Shown here: positions 1 to 12,077 of the stretch, in pieces
Layout: each line of letters opens with the position of its first letter
How positions within the stretch are numbered: position 1 is the first letter of the stretch
DNA from: Eledone cirrhosa
Taxonomy: Eukaryota
Length of the DNA stretch: 64,000 nt
Assembly: GCA_964016885.1 (NCBI GenBank)
Contig: OZ024743.1
Span: forward strand, 77,252,001-77,316,000
Direction: 5' to 3'
The notes under the pieces: model-generated
The model's input: only the letters and a program-made list of their open reading frames with translations
Databases searched by the model: none
What the model was told of the DNA's origin: nothing
Position numbers and translations under genes: made by a program

Positions 1-559
1 TGAAATCTGGCTCAAGATATTAAAAGCCTTCACAATATTATAAGAAACTAAAATGAAATTATAATAAAACACCTGAGGCTGTTGTTAATATATAGAACAA
101 TAATATAAATATTTCTAGCTGAGGTCTAGGGAGGTGTGTAGTCTATTTGATTTTCCCAATTCTTGCCTGGGACTTAGGGAATTATATTATCATTCTATAT
201 AACTGTGTTGTGAGAGTTTTTTGGGGAGCTACAGGTGTTACCCCTTGCTCCATCTCCCCTAGTAGTTTACCACTATTGGTCCAGGATTCCTTATTCGTCC
301 GGCAGCTGCCCACTTATATCGCAACTAACCATCATATCTGGTGGCCATATCGCTACCTGCAACCCATTCTCTAGCAGAGCAACAACCTTCTCAGGAATAA
401 ATGAGCAAAGAAAAAGATATAATTATTTCTAGTTGAGTTATGGGGCTAGAGATTTATAGGGAAGAGTGTAGTATATTTGCCTGGGATTTTATTGACCTTA
501 GAAGGATGAAGACTGTAATTATAAGCTTCAAGGTATTTTGTCCAATACTTCACTGGTTC

Positions 560-890
560 TGCCATCTGCTGCTTAATATTGTATGGTATGGTCCCATAAC
601 TCCCGAGGGAGTCATAGGGGTGCTGTATTGACATATAATGTTTCTTGCATATTTTAAGCTTGGCAGAGCCCATTTCTCTCCAGTCTGAGTACAGCAGATT
701 TCTTTCAGAGAAAGATAGAAAGTGAGAAAGAGATATAGAAGAAGAATCGACCCCAGTACAAGACTGGTACTTTTTTTATCAACTTTAAATGGATGAAAGG
801 CAAGGTTGACATCGATAGGATTTGAACTCAGAGAGCCAGAACAAATACCACAAAACATTGTTTTAACGACTCTGCCAATTTACTGTCTTG
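560..890 (-). mobile_element. tRNA-headed SINE-derived repeat (family A head plus extended body)
   Basis: The minus strand has B-box gagttcaaatcc and ttgcctttcatcc. A second copy with the same body is at about 53490-53770 (+). Confidence 0.7.
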
Positions 891-948
891 CTTAATATAG
901 TAATAATACTTAAAATATGCAATAATTTTACTATCTACTACATGTATG

Positions 949-1112
949 CAGTGCCGGATTTAGGACAAATGAGGACCTGTGCTAGTTATGAGGCCCCTTA
1001 CTTGGACCCTGAATTCATTGTAAAAAATGTTTTTGGCAGAAAGATGCCCCCCTCCCCCGGCCAATGGGGCCCTATGCTCAAGCAAACCTAAGCACAAGTT
1101 AATCCTGAACTG
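949..1112. mobile_element. hAT-like MITE
   Basis: Ends CAGTGCCGGATTTA ... TAATCCTGAACTG; imperfect 8-bp flanks catgtatg / tatatatg. Confidence 0.55.
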
Positions 1113-1159
1113 TATATATGTTTGTATTAGAAATATGCCTCAAGAGACATTGATATCTC

Positions 1160-1400
1160 TGTTCACTCTGTAAAATAGTAGTACTTGTGCCATGATAAAA
1201 AGCACCCAGTTCACTCTATAAAATAGTAGTACTAGTGCCATGATAAAAAGCACCCAGTTCACTCTGTAAAATAGTAGTACTAGTGCCATGATAAAAAGCA
1301 CCCAGTTCACTCTGTAAAATGATAGTACTGGAGCCACAACAAAAGACAACCAGTACACACTGTAAATTTGCTGGCATTAGGAAGGGTATCCAGCTGTAAT
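1160..1400 (+). repeat. 48-bp tandem repeat (about 3.5 copies) within the SINE/LINE 3' core module
   Basis: Unit gttcactctgtaaaatagtagtactagtgccatgataaaaagcaccca, running into ttaggaagggtatccagctgta. Confidence 0.8.
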
Positions 1401-1487
1401 ATTTAAGTTCCAAACGGAACCTATGAGCAAGATGCGACTACTTCATTGGTCTAGCATCAGAACATGACAACCTGTTTAACTTAAGCT

Positions 1488-1670
1488 GATGATGATATAT
1501 GTATAGTTGACACTGTTACTGCTGTCTATGATGATGATGATATATGTATAGTTGACACTGTTACTACTGTCTATGATGATGATATATGTGTAGTTGACAC
1601 TATTACTGCTGTCTATGATGATGATATATGTGTAGTTGACACTATTACTGCTGTCTATGATGATGATGAC
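1488..1670. repeat. 42-45-bp tandem repeat (about 4 copies) with (GAT)n
   Basis: Unit gatgatgatatatgtgtagttgacactattactgctgtctat. Confidence 0.85.
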
Positions 1671-2089
1671 AACCAATTATTTCTTTTATCTTGGCACAAA
1701 GTTCTTTTTTGTCAAGAGAATACCTGTAGACAATTGACACATATTAACAATGGCGTTGTATGATAGCGAACTATTGAGATTTAAAAATACAACAGTGAAG
1801 CACCATAACTAGATAACATAAAAGGAATCTTTCAACAACTCTGATCACAACAATAGTTAGAAATTGTATTTGTTGTAGTAGTTGTTGTTTTGGGGCTCAC
1901 TTTTGCAAAGGTTTAGCTGGCCCCCTATAAAGGTTTCATTTCATAGATTTCTTGGGGAATATTAATGCTAGGGGAACCCAGTCTTGTCAGCATTTTTCCA
2001 GTGATAGAGAGTGGGAGTTGAATTTAGAATATATATATATATATATCAAAATGAAGTAACGGAGTCAGAAACTCGCATTAGTATATATA

Positions 2090-2615
2090 TCATCATCATC
2101 ATCGTTTAACGTCTATCTTCCACACTAGCATGGGTTAGACGGGAATTGTCCCACTTGAGCCAAGATTGGTCGGGTGACCGTGTCTCGCTCGTATACGACT
2201 ATCTGGCAGGTTTTCTATGGCTGGATGCCCTTTCTAACACCAACCACATTTACAGTGTGGACTGGCAGCTTTTTACCATGTCTCCTACACAACCACATTA
2301 CAGCGTGGATGTGTGTTTTTTGTCGTGACACCTACATGACCTCATTAGTTTGGACTGGATGTTGTGGTACCAACATAACTTTATAAAGAAAGGGTGGTGT
2401 TGGCAGGAGTGGGGGTAGTGGGTTGGGGTGTATGTTTGGTTTGGAGGGGGCCTACTGACTGTAGGTTAACTTTGCACGTAGGGAAGGTGGGTCTTCTGTA
2501 TTACTGTGTGGCGCCAAAGATCTTGATCTAGTGACATTGTCTTAGAGAGGTGCAAGCGTGCAAGGTCGGAATTTATCATGTCTCCCATGTTTTTCTGGGT
2601 CTATCTACTCCATAA
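2090..2615 (-). mobile_element. RTE-type LINE 3' end (same family as 41755-44048)
   Basis: Reverse complement follows 43560-44048 (ORF end, 3'UTR, GAT tail). Confidence 0.8.
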
Positions 2616-2689
2616 CTTCCATCAATTTTGATTGCCCTGCACTTTTTTATACAGCTGTTGTCTTTCATGCGAATGTTTATATATATATC

Positions 2690-3685
2690 CTAAAGTTATT
2701 TGGCTGAGAAAACCATGTCAACAGTACCTCTGCCATTCCTAAAGCCACATTGGACTCAGGAAGTATCTCAACATCAATGTGTTGTATCAATCTGTCTAAC
2801 AATATCTTGCACAAGATCTTCCCAGCCACAGACAGCAGCAAAATACCTCTGTAGTTGCCACAGTCATCTTTGGCTCCCTTCTCTTTGTAAAGTACCACCA
2901 TCAATGCATCTTTCCAGTCCTGTGGTACATCTTCATTCCAAACATTCACAAAGAGATCAGTGAAACAAATTAAGAAGTTATCACCAGCACACTTGAAGAT
3001 CTCGGCACTCAGTCCATCCATTCCAGGTGACTTACCGCTGTTTAATTTGGCAATGGCCTTCCCACCTCATCAAATGAAGGAGGATCAGCCACTGCCAGCT
3101 TTGTAGGTCTGGATGGAATCGACCGGATGAACTCATCATTGATTTCAGTTCTCTTGAGGAGTTAATCAAAGTGGTCATGCCACCTGATCAGGATTTTCTT
3201 CAGATCTTTGAGTAATTCCTTGCTGTCTTCGGAGCAAAATGGTGATATTTGTGGACCTGTTGGACCATATACCTCCCTGGTTTGATCGTGGCTGACCGGG
3301 ACACACATAGAAGCTTTTGAACGAGAAACTTGATGTGGATTGGTGAATGATGGGGTCCATAATTTTGAAGATAGATGCATAGAATACGAGAAGATCAAAC
3401 GGGATATGCGTAAGCAATGCTCTGGTGTATCTCTCGAAATGATTGGTGCCTCCATTGAATTGGTGTGTCCTGAGTGTGGAAAGACTTGCTTGAGCAAATC
3501 TGGTCTCAGGAGCCAGTCACAGCCATGTTCAAAGAGAACCAGTGAGCTATGATCTCCATAGTATTATGAAGGTTCACAGGCAACCTGATGCAAGACCTCA
3601 GGCCAAGGAGATCCATAGTTGTCATCAATGTGCGAAGGAGTGCAAGTCTCTAGCAGGCTTGAAAAGCCATATCCAAATGTCACAC
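2690..3685. mobile_element. RTE LINE remnant: RT part on minus (about 2690-3330), C2H2-finger C-terminus on plus (about 3335-3685)
   Basis: Minus: DVPQDWKDA..LYKEKG..CGNYRGI.LLSVAGKIL. Plus: GVHNFEDR..KRDMRK, CPECGKTCLSKSGLRS, CHQCAKECKSLAGLKSH. Confidence 0.75.
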
Positions 3686-4201
3686 ATCATCATCATCATC
3701 ATTTTACGTCCGCTTTTCCCTGCTTGCAAGGGTGGGACGGATCCTATTCAGCACAGCATCTCTCTACTTGTTGGAGTAGAGTATGGCTATAATATAGCCA
3801 TACTCTACTACACCAAATACCAAAAATACTCTGTTGAGTAATGGTCTAACTAGTTTTAAACTGGTTCTCTCCTGATTTATAAAAGCTTTCCATCAGATGC
3901 TCTCCCAATTCTGATAATCCACTGCCCTTGACTGGTTTATATATTGGCCCCAAAAGGATAAATGGTAATGTTGGCTGTGGTTAGATTTGAGATCAGAATA
4001 CAGAGAGCTAGGTCAATATTACTTAAACAACTCTACCAAATTGGATGTGTTCTAAACATTCCATTATAATCTAAATCTGAGATCTTTATAATAAGTTGTT
4101 AGAATTATAGCCTTTACAATACATTTGTAGCTACAACAAAAGTATTATTACATTCTGTAAGTTGTTTTATTTATGAACAAGTGAATAGCTATTTGAAAAT
4201 T

Positions 4202-4249
<48 letters not shown>

Positions 4250-4652
4250 TGTAACTCTGAAATAAAAACTGCATATTTACAGAGTTTCTCCTTGCATTTT
4301 ATTCTCAATATTTGTATTTTATCTCTCCCCCTCTCTACATATATATATATATCCGTGACATCATTGGTGCCAAGCTGTATCAGGCTTTGGCTTTCCCTTG
4401 GGCAATATCTGTAGCATGTAAAGGGAAGACTTGCATGTCTGGGCAACTGCTGATCTTCCACAAACAAACTTGCCCAGGCTTGTGCCTCAGAATGGAACTT
4501 TCTAGGTGCAATACTCTAGTCATTTGTGACCGAGGGGGGGTCCTACAATACTACATCACATTAAAAACAGAAATCTACTTTAATACTACATATTTTCACA
4601 ACATAACAAACCACTGTTGAAATGTTAACATTTTCTTTCTTTCTTACATCAG

Positions 4653-4733
4653 GTAAAAATCCTTCGGCTATTAAGGATACTTGGTAGACTGGATTTGGAA
4701 GCCAGTGAGACGATGAATGACATACTTGCACAA
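4653..4733 (+). CDS. AP1G1: AP1G1 exon ([27 protein letters not shown])
   Basis: catcAG acceptor, GTtcgt donor; resembles gamma-adaptin [23 protein letters not shown]. Confidence 0.95.
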
Positions 4734-5647
4734 GTTCGTTTTAAAACTTTTTATTGTCTTCCAAACTTTATGTTGAGATATTTTGTTTATCACAATTTGT
4801 AATTAACAAATACGCTTTATTTATTTTATATTTTAAAATTAATAACTGAATTGTGAAATATAAATTTTGGTGTATTCTTTCTTTTAACCGTTCTTCTAAC
4901 AAATGTTTAAACAACTTTTTAACAAATGTTCATTGTAATTCTTTTATGGTTTTCTGATAGGAGTGTCTAACATTACCTATGAAATATTTATTTTAAAAAG
5001 GATAAGAGAAATGATAGTATTTCATGATTTATATTAAAAAAATATTTTTTAGCTTTGAGTCTGAATAGAAGTTATATATAATGTATATATAATTGTGTAA
5101 GCGATTTTCGGGGACCCATTTCGAAATGGGTTAGTATTAAGCATGCAACTAAAAAAGGCCCACATGTAGAGACCTCTCTACCTTAGTCTGTATGTAATGT
5201 TTGTAGCTGAATATGATTGTCAAAAGCTGGCTATTACAATCTCCTACATAAACATACAGAAATGTCAATGGTTGAATATGACCAATTCCTTGCAGCCAGT
5301 TTGACATGTGGTACATGTGGCAGAGAATTTACAAATAAGTCTGGACAAGGCATTCAAAAATACAAAATCATAGTCCAGATCAGACTGAAGACTTGAATGA
5401 TGGAAGAAGTGAATTCCAATGTATTTTATGAAACAAAACACACAAGTCCCTAGTAGACTTTAAAAGCCACTTCAAGGCTTACAACCACTGAGAAAGATAT
5501 ATTATTTGTTAGTGACAACCTCTCTAGTGCTATTGACATGATAAAATGTATTTGGTAGAATGGGGAACCGTATGTAAGCAAGATGCAAACCCCAGGCCTG
5601 TCTGGGAGATCAGTAGCCCTGCTTTTGTACTTGTCATATTTTGGCTA

Positions 5648-5796
5648 AGTTTTTCTGGCTGGATACCTTTCCTATCACCAACCACTTTACAGTATGGACT
5701 TGGTGTATTATTCATGTGAGCTGGTCACGTGAATAATGCACCAAGTCCACACTGTAAAGTAGTTGGTGATAGGAAAGGTATCCAGCCAGAAAAACT
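5648..5796. repeat. 72-bp-arm near-perfect inverted repeat (5-nt loop) made of SINE/LINE core sequence
   Basis: Arms 5648-5719 and 5725-5796 with 4 differences; mirrored ORFs MNN(T/A)PSP.CKVVGDRKGIQPEKL. Confidence 0.9.
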
Positions 5797-5809
5797 AGAG
5801 GTTAATATT

Positions 5810-6240
5810 TTTTTCAGAGTGACTGCCTTTCTAGACAGGTTGCCTATATTACAGCTTATGGAGCCTACATCTAGCCAGTGCTGCCATATTTTATTTGGAG
5901 CCACTACCCTCCTAGAGGAGCTGCCTTCTCCATATCTTATGGAACCCACATCTGTCCTGTGCAGTCTTATTTTACTCAGAGTCACTGGCCTCCTAGACAG
6001 GCTGCCTTCTGTATAGCATACAGAGCCCACATTTGCCCCATGCTGTTTTATATTATTTGGGATCACTCACCTCCTAACCTGGCTGCCTTCAAGCATATCT
6101 TATGGAACACACATCTGTCCCATGCAGTCCTGTTTTATTCCACACAGACTGCATTTTTCGTGGCTTCCATGGCCCTCATCTCCACTATGTGATCATATTT
6201 TATATATTTAATCTGAGTGACCCCACTTTCTTTGAGGCTA
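5810..6240. repeat. Degenerate tandem repeat, about 81 bp (about 5 copies)
   Basis: Recurrent ctaga(c/g)..gctgccttc...gg(a)acccacatct at about 81-bp spacing. Confidence 0.65.
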
Positions 6241-6895
6241 CCACCCATGCATCACATGGAACCCTTGTCAGTTGTCCCCAGCTTAGTTGCAGTTCGCACA
6301 GTGAACTGCCATTAAGCATATCTGAGGGACAGAGGGTAGGCCTTTTTTTACTGGAAGGTGGTGGTCATGGAGTAGAAGGAGGACTATGGCGACAGCCAGG
6401 TAGGTTGCCAGATTCATCATAATGCTAGTTGGGAACATGGACATTAATAGCTGACTGAAAATGAAGTAGTACTGTAATAAAATATAGTAAGATTTATCTT
6501 AACTGCCATGTTTCAGTTCATGGCTGTTTAAAGATCCAACAAGATTTTGAAATGAAATGAAGTGTAAATTTGTTTATCAATGCATTAAGACAGCGAGAAA
6601 GATAGAGAATCTATGTAAGAAAGAGGGGAGGTAAATATATTCCAAACTAAGTTCATCAGATTCATCATAGGGCTAGTTAGGAACATGGACATTAAAAGAT
6701 GACTGGAAACTCAAATAGTACTGTAATAAAATATAGTAAGATTTAGCTTCATGACTATTCAAACTATTTAAAGATCTATTCATGACTATTTAAAGATCTA
6801 ACAAATATATGTCTAATTAAATAAAGCATATAAATATATCTTTACTTATTCTTTGTGATATACCATTATTAATGATGATTTCTGAATAAATTCAG

Positions 6896-6994
6896 GTTGC
6901 TACAAACACAGACACCAGTAAAAATGTAGGACATGCTATCTTGTATGAGATAGTTTTGACCATCATGGGTATTCAGTCAGAAGCTGGTTTGAGA
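6896..6994 (+). CDS. AP1G1: AP1G1 exon ([33 protein letters not shown])
   Basis: ttcAG / GTaagt; conserved VATNT..SKNVG.AILYE motif. Confidence 0.96.
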
Positions 6995-7259
6995 GTAAGT
7001 GCAACTATTTTCATTTCTCAAAAGGTTTTATTCATAGTTGTATAAATAAAATTACAAATCGTTTGCAATTCTTTCAGAATGAAAATATAAACAGAGCATA
7101 TAAATAAATTTACAGTAGAATAATATAACAAATATGTTTTAAATATATACATAAATAACATTACAAATGTTTCGATAACATTATAAATAGCTCGCGATTC
7201 ATTCAGAAAGATATATTCTTTTAATGTTACAATATTAAAGAAAATGTAAAGGAAGGGGT

Positions 7260-8700
7260 GAACAACCTAGCCAACACCAGAGCAAAAGACAGCAACGTCG
7301 CGAGGAGTCTGGAGAGAGTCTAGCGTTGACCAGGCACTCGAGTCTCTCGAAGATTAGGTCGCCAAAGCGTGGAGGCAGGACGGAAATCTGTGAGAGGGGC
7401 TGACCCTGAGCAGATACAGAAGCTTAGGAATAGACAGGTAGTTCCTGAGTATGAAGAAACCTTGATGGGGTTCGATAACTTTGATATTCCTCAGCAGCTA
7501 CTCAAGGCCAACCATCTTCGATTGGAAGATTGACTCGAAGGCCAGGTCTGTGATTGGGGCTCCTAAGGAGCACCAAGCCGACGGGGGAGGGACCGCGATG
7601 GAAGGGAAGGACTCAGCAAACAGGTCGATTAGCTTTTGGTGTTGAGAAGCCGGGTGGTTGAGGATCCAGAGCTCACACTTGGAGCTGTTGACCTGGAGAC
7701 CCCGGCGGCCAAGCTCCTCAACCATCTTCTTGGCAGTGGCGAGAACCATATCTGGAGTTCCCCCCAAACAGGCGTCGTCGAGGTACCAGACATTGAGGTC
7801 CAACTCAACCCCATCTTGGTGATGCCCAGTGCAAACGGACCGGGCCCGAGTGGGTCACCCTGTTGGACTCCTGAGGCAGAGGTGATGATTTGGTCACCGA
7901 AAGAGAGGTAGGAGGGCTCCCAATAAGCCTGCCAAGCAAAGTGGTAGAGTTGTGGGACCCTCTCTCTTACTGAGCCGAGGACGATGTCGCGGCTGACAGT
8001 TAAATGCATTCTTGAGGTCAAGTTTGAGTATGACCTTGGGGGACGAGGAGGGCAAGTTGGTAAATGCTCTGGTAGTGTGGACAGCAGCCTCATATCCCAA
8101 CTTGGTACCCACCCCCAGTTGGATGGGGAAAAATTCCTCTGCCAGTGAGTCGGAGACCAACAGCAAACACGCCTTTGCAGTGAGGCGGTGAAGGGTGCAG
8201 CTAACCGCAGGTCCCCGTTGGGCTTGGTGAGACCAAATAGCTTCGCACCAAAGAACAGTGGGCGGATGAATAGGAGAACGTTCACTGAAGAGAACTGATT
8301 CACAAACTGTGTCAGACTCTCCAAGAGCTCGAGTCTGGCGTCACCGGCTGATAGGGAGATACCATCCTTCAGGTGTTGAGGACGAAGGCCGTCAATTCCC
8401 ACGCCTGACCCAGCGGGGAAGGATGAAATCGCCTTTCTGATGATATTGATGGTGTAAACCGGTCTCGAGTATTCTGGTGGTTCGGGCCAGTGTAGCTGAT
8501 CATCTGGGAGTGCCGATGGGTGCTTCTCTTTCAGAGAATCAGAGTTGCACGGAGCAAGGGAGGACAGAGAAGAGAAGAGGCGGACAGCCCCTTTAATGTC
8601 AAATTCGCTGAATTTGGCATTGACTGCTCGCTTGAGGTCTACCGGCTGTCTGTTGGTGGACACCAAGCTTGATGTTGAAGTGAGATGAGGCATGGTTGGG
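7260..8700 (-). mobile_element. Degenerate CRE-clade non-LTR retrotransposon (RT domain, frameshifted)
   Basis: SFPAGSGVGIDGLRPQHLKD, LKLDLKNAFN, GVQQGDPLGP and WYLDD motifs across frames; GC-rich. Confidence 0.8.
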
Positions 8701-8895
8701 GTGGACTCAAACAGCTGAAACTGCCACCTGAAAGAGGATGTGAGGGAACCCTAATTCGCATTGTGCACGTGAAGAGAGATGAGAGGAAACAAAAACAATT
8801 TCTGCCAGTCACACCTCTCAAAATAAATCTACTTGCAAAACAAACAATGATTATTATTTATGGGTTATATTTAATGTTAATCTATACATTTTTGG

Positions 8896-11800
8896 ACTTG
8901 GGCAAATCGCAGCGGATCATCTAGGTCGTACCTAGATAGGTTCTTAGTTAGAAATAAGGATAAGGACTTTTTAAGTTGTCCAAAAATGAGCATGGTTGGC
9001 TATTCAGACCACAAGTTAGTGAGCTGCATGGTCAACCTTGACAGAACGCATAGACAGGGATCCGGATACTGGAAGCTCAACTTGTCCTTACCGGCAAGTA
9101 AGGCTTACAGGGATCGGATTAGCACTTTAGTTAAGGAGCGGTTGACGGGCGCCATCGTCAACAGCAGGTGGTGGGGATCTCTCAAAAGAGAGATTAGAGT
9201 AGTCTCTATAAAATTTAGTAAGGAGTTAGCCTCAAATAGAAATAGGAAGGAAAGGGAGCTGGTAGATAGTGTAGAAGAGGCAATTAGAAGCGCCGACGTG
9301 GCCAGAGTGCTAGCGTCGAGAACGGCCCTGGGCCAGTTCTTCGACGCAAAACACGAAGGCTGCATCGTCCAAAGCAAAATACGTGCTCTTGGAAACGAGG
9401 GGACCAAAGCTGTTAGCTGGGCCCGCGTGACAGAAGCCAAAAGAGGGAGCAGATCCACTATCCGGTCTTTGCGAGACCAGGATGGACGGGTGATCCTTGA
9501 ACCTAAGCAGATGTGCGAGGCTTTTCAAAAGCACTTTGCCGGATTGTTCGGAAGGAGCGGGGAGCCGGTTGGGGATGTGGACTTCTGTCCATACCTCGAC
9601 GGCCTGCCGCGTCTCTCGGACAGGGAGGCGAAGTCCTGCGAGGAGCCGATTTCAGCCACTGAGATAGAGGACGTGCTAAGCCAATGCGGCAAACGCAAAT
9701 CCCCGGGTCTCGATGGTCTTCCATACGAACTGTATCTAGCTATGCCGGACTTGTTCCCCGATCTCCTCGAGGCGGTCTACTGCAACTGGCAACAGAACGG
9801 GAGAATTCCCTGTGCTGTTACCAAGGGCGTAGTCACGCTAGTCAGGAAGGACGAGAACAAGGGGGACGATATAAATAATTTCAGGCCCATAACTCTGCTA
9901 AATGAAGAGTTAAAGATTTTGGCCAAGGTGCTAGCAAAGAGGTTGGCGCTTGTCGTGGGCAACCTGGTGGGAGATGCGCAGACATGTGCTATCCCGTCCA
10001 GGTCCATCCACGACAACCTCCACCTCATGCGATACATCATAGAGAGGGTTGGGAACGAACCCGGCTTTGGTGGGGCCTTGATTAACTTGGATCAATCTAA
10101 GGCATTCGATAGGGTCGACCATGGTTACCTGGATGCGGTGCTAGCGGCAGCAGGCTTCGGACTTGTTTTCAGGGGCTGGATCAATGCCATGCACAGCAGC
10201 CGCAGCTGCTCTAGGGTCAAGGTGAACGGCTACCTCTCGGAGCCGTTCGAAATCGCGCGGTCCATCCGACAAGGGTGCCCTCTCTCATCCCTTCTGTATG
10301 TGATGACTCTAGAGCCACTGCTGTGGAAGTTGGAGTTGTTGCAGGGCATCCCGTTGGAACCGGGATTGCGGAAAGTGGTGTCGGCTTACGCCGACGACGT
10401 AGCAGTAATGGTGTCGACGGCCTCTGAAATCGGGGCGATCGGCACCTTACTGGAGGAGTACGAAAGGTTTACAGGGGCTAAGCTGAACTGGGACAAGTCG
10501 ATCGGTCTGCAACTCGGCACGTGGAGGGGCAGATCGATGCCCTCCGATGGCGTTGTCGGGCGCTGGACGGAGGGCCCGGTGAAGTTGCTCGGGGTCTGGT
10601 TCGGACCAGACCTCCAGGTGGAGAAGAACTGGGGTGAGGTAACGAACAGGGTGTTTGCACTGACCCAGAAGTGGGCCGAGTGCAAACTGTCCCTGAAAGG
10701 TCAGGCGGAGGTGGCGAACACTTATATAGCGTCCGTCATCTACTACCGCCTGACCGTTGTGCCTTGCCCAAGGGAAACGCTCGCCAAAATGGAGCGCGCA
10801 CTCTTCCAATTCCTTTGGAAGAAGCGGGTTCCTATGGTGAGGAGATCCATCTGCTGTCAACACCCTTCGAAAGGAGGGTGTTGACAGCAGATGGATCTCT
10901 TCACCATAGGCTAATGATACGTAAACACGCATTAAGGCTACGGCACCTCCAGGTATTCCTCACCGGTCAACCGGTGTGGGCCCCGTTTGTGAGGCGAGCC
11001 TTTCCCAGACTCGTCTCACTCACCGAGCTGCAATCCTGGGTCAAGCAAAGACCGAGAAAACTGGGCGCCTGGCACACCAAGTGTGCCCAGGCGCTCACGG
11101 CTCTCTGGCAGGCAGACCCGGCTGTCAGTGGAGAATCCACCTCGTCATTCTATAGAGGGCTCGTGGTTAGCAGGTGTGACGCCGCCCTCGGAGAAGCCCT
11201 AGGCATGGAGGAATACGAACTGGCCAACCTGTTCGGTAGGACATTCAGCCCGGGACCCATGGATAACTTCCAGAGGTCCCTGGCCTGGCAGTGCTACAGA
11301 AGGGCTCTACCCGTTCGAGAAAGGCTCTACAGACACAGGTGCCCGGGTAGGGACCCCTCGAAAAAGATCTGTCCCAGATGCGTGTGCGACGAGGAAACCG
11401 TTGCACACGCATTGGTACACTGCTCGGGCGTAGCCGATCTGTGGGGCTATGTCGAACAACTGCTGTCAAGGGTGGGACCGATCCGGTTGACCACCGAGTC
11501 TATTGTAACGATCAAGCCGCCTCCCGCCTTCAAAAACGAAGGAGAGGCGGTGTTTCTGTGCGTAATAGCCATGGCAAAAGAGGTTGTATGGTGGACGCGT
11601 CTGAAAGGACTGAGGTCAGGCACCTTTCTCTCTGGCCAACAACTGGTCCGTTTCTTCCGATATCATTTCGGAAGAAGGATCAGGATGGAGAGAGAGGTGC
11701 TGCACCCCAACCGTTTTTATGAAAGATGGGTGAAAGTGGCGAGAATGGCCCGTGTGAATGGGCCTTCACTCTACATCAGCCTGAGGAAGATGAAAGACCA

Positions 11801-11906
11801 AGGGAGCACCCGCTCTGTGCTCCTGAGGAGAAGCGTTGCACACTTTTTTTCGGGGGTGTGTGCGACCCCCCAAGGCGTCTCCTCTCTATTGAGGATTTTG
11901 TTATAA
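8896..11906 (+). pseudogene. Tx1-type ORF2 (end of APE endonuclease, RT, zf-RVT), broken once at about 10880
   Basis: SRSYLDR..SDH, GYWKLN, KSPGLDGLP, FRPITLLN, LDQSKAFDRV, RQGCPLS, YADD; second frame has CPRC..EETVAHALVHC. Confidence 0.9.
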
Positions 11907-12042
11907 ATTTTATTTTGTTATATTTTATTTTATTTTTATATTTTGTTATTGCCTCCTCCTTATTGAGGACGCCTTGTTATGTAAACTCCCCCCATTGTAC
12001 TTGTCCCACTTTTTGATGCTCTGGTGGCAAATAAAAAGAAAA
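8896..12042 (+). mobile_element. 5'-truncated Tx1/L1-clade LINE with 31-bp target-site duplication
   Basis: Identical ttatatttaatgttaatctatacatttttgg at 8865-8895 and 12043-12073; AATAAA plus A-rich tail. Confidence 0.92.
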
Positions 12043-12077
12043 TTATATTTAATGTTAATCTATACATTTTTGGTGTA

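Noticed and set aside
3340-3685. Host C2H2 zinc-finger gene
   Set aside because: Preceded by RTE C-terminal sequence, frameshifted, lacks TGEKP linkers and splice sites.
1-4652. Further upstream AP1G1 exons (e.g. ..SDPFLQ) or a neural microexon
   Set aside because: No matching coding sequence found by eye; they probably lie upstream of the window.
10671-11906. Independent 411-aa gene
   Set aside because: It is the frameshifted C-terminal half of the Tx1 ORF2; its N-terminal ~80 aa are out-of-frame sequence.
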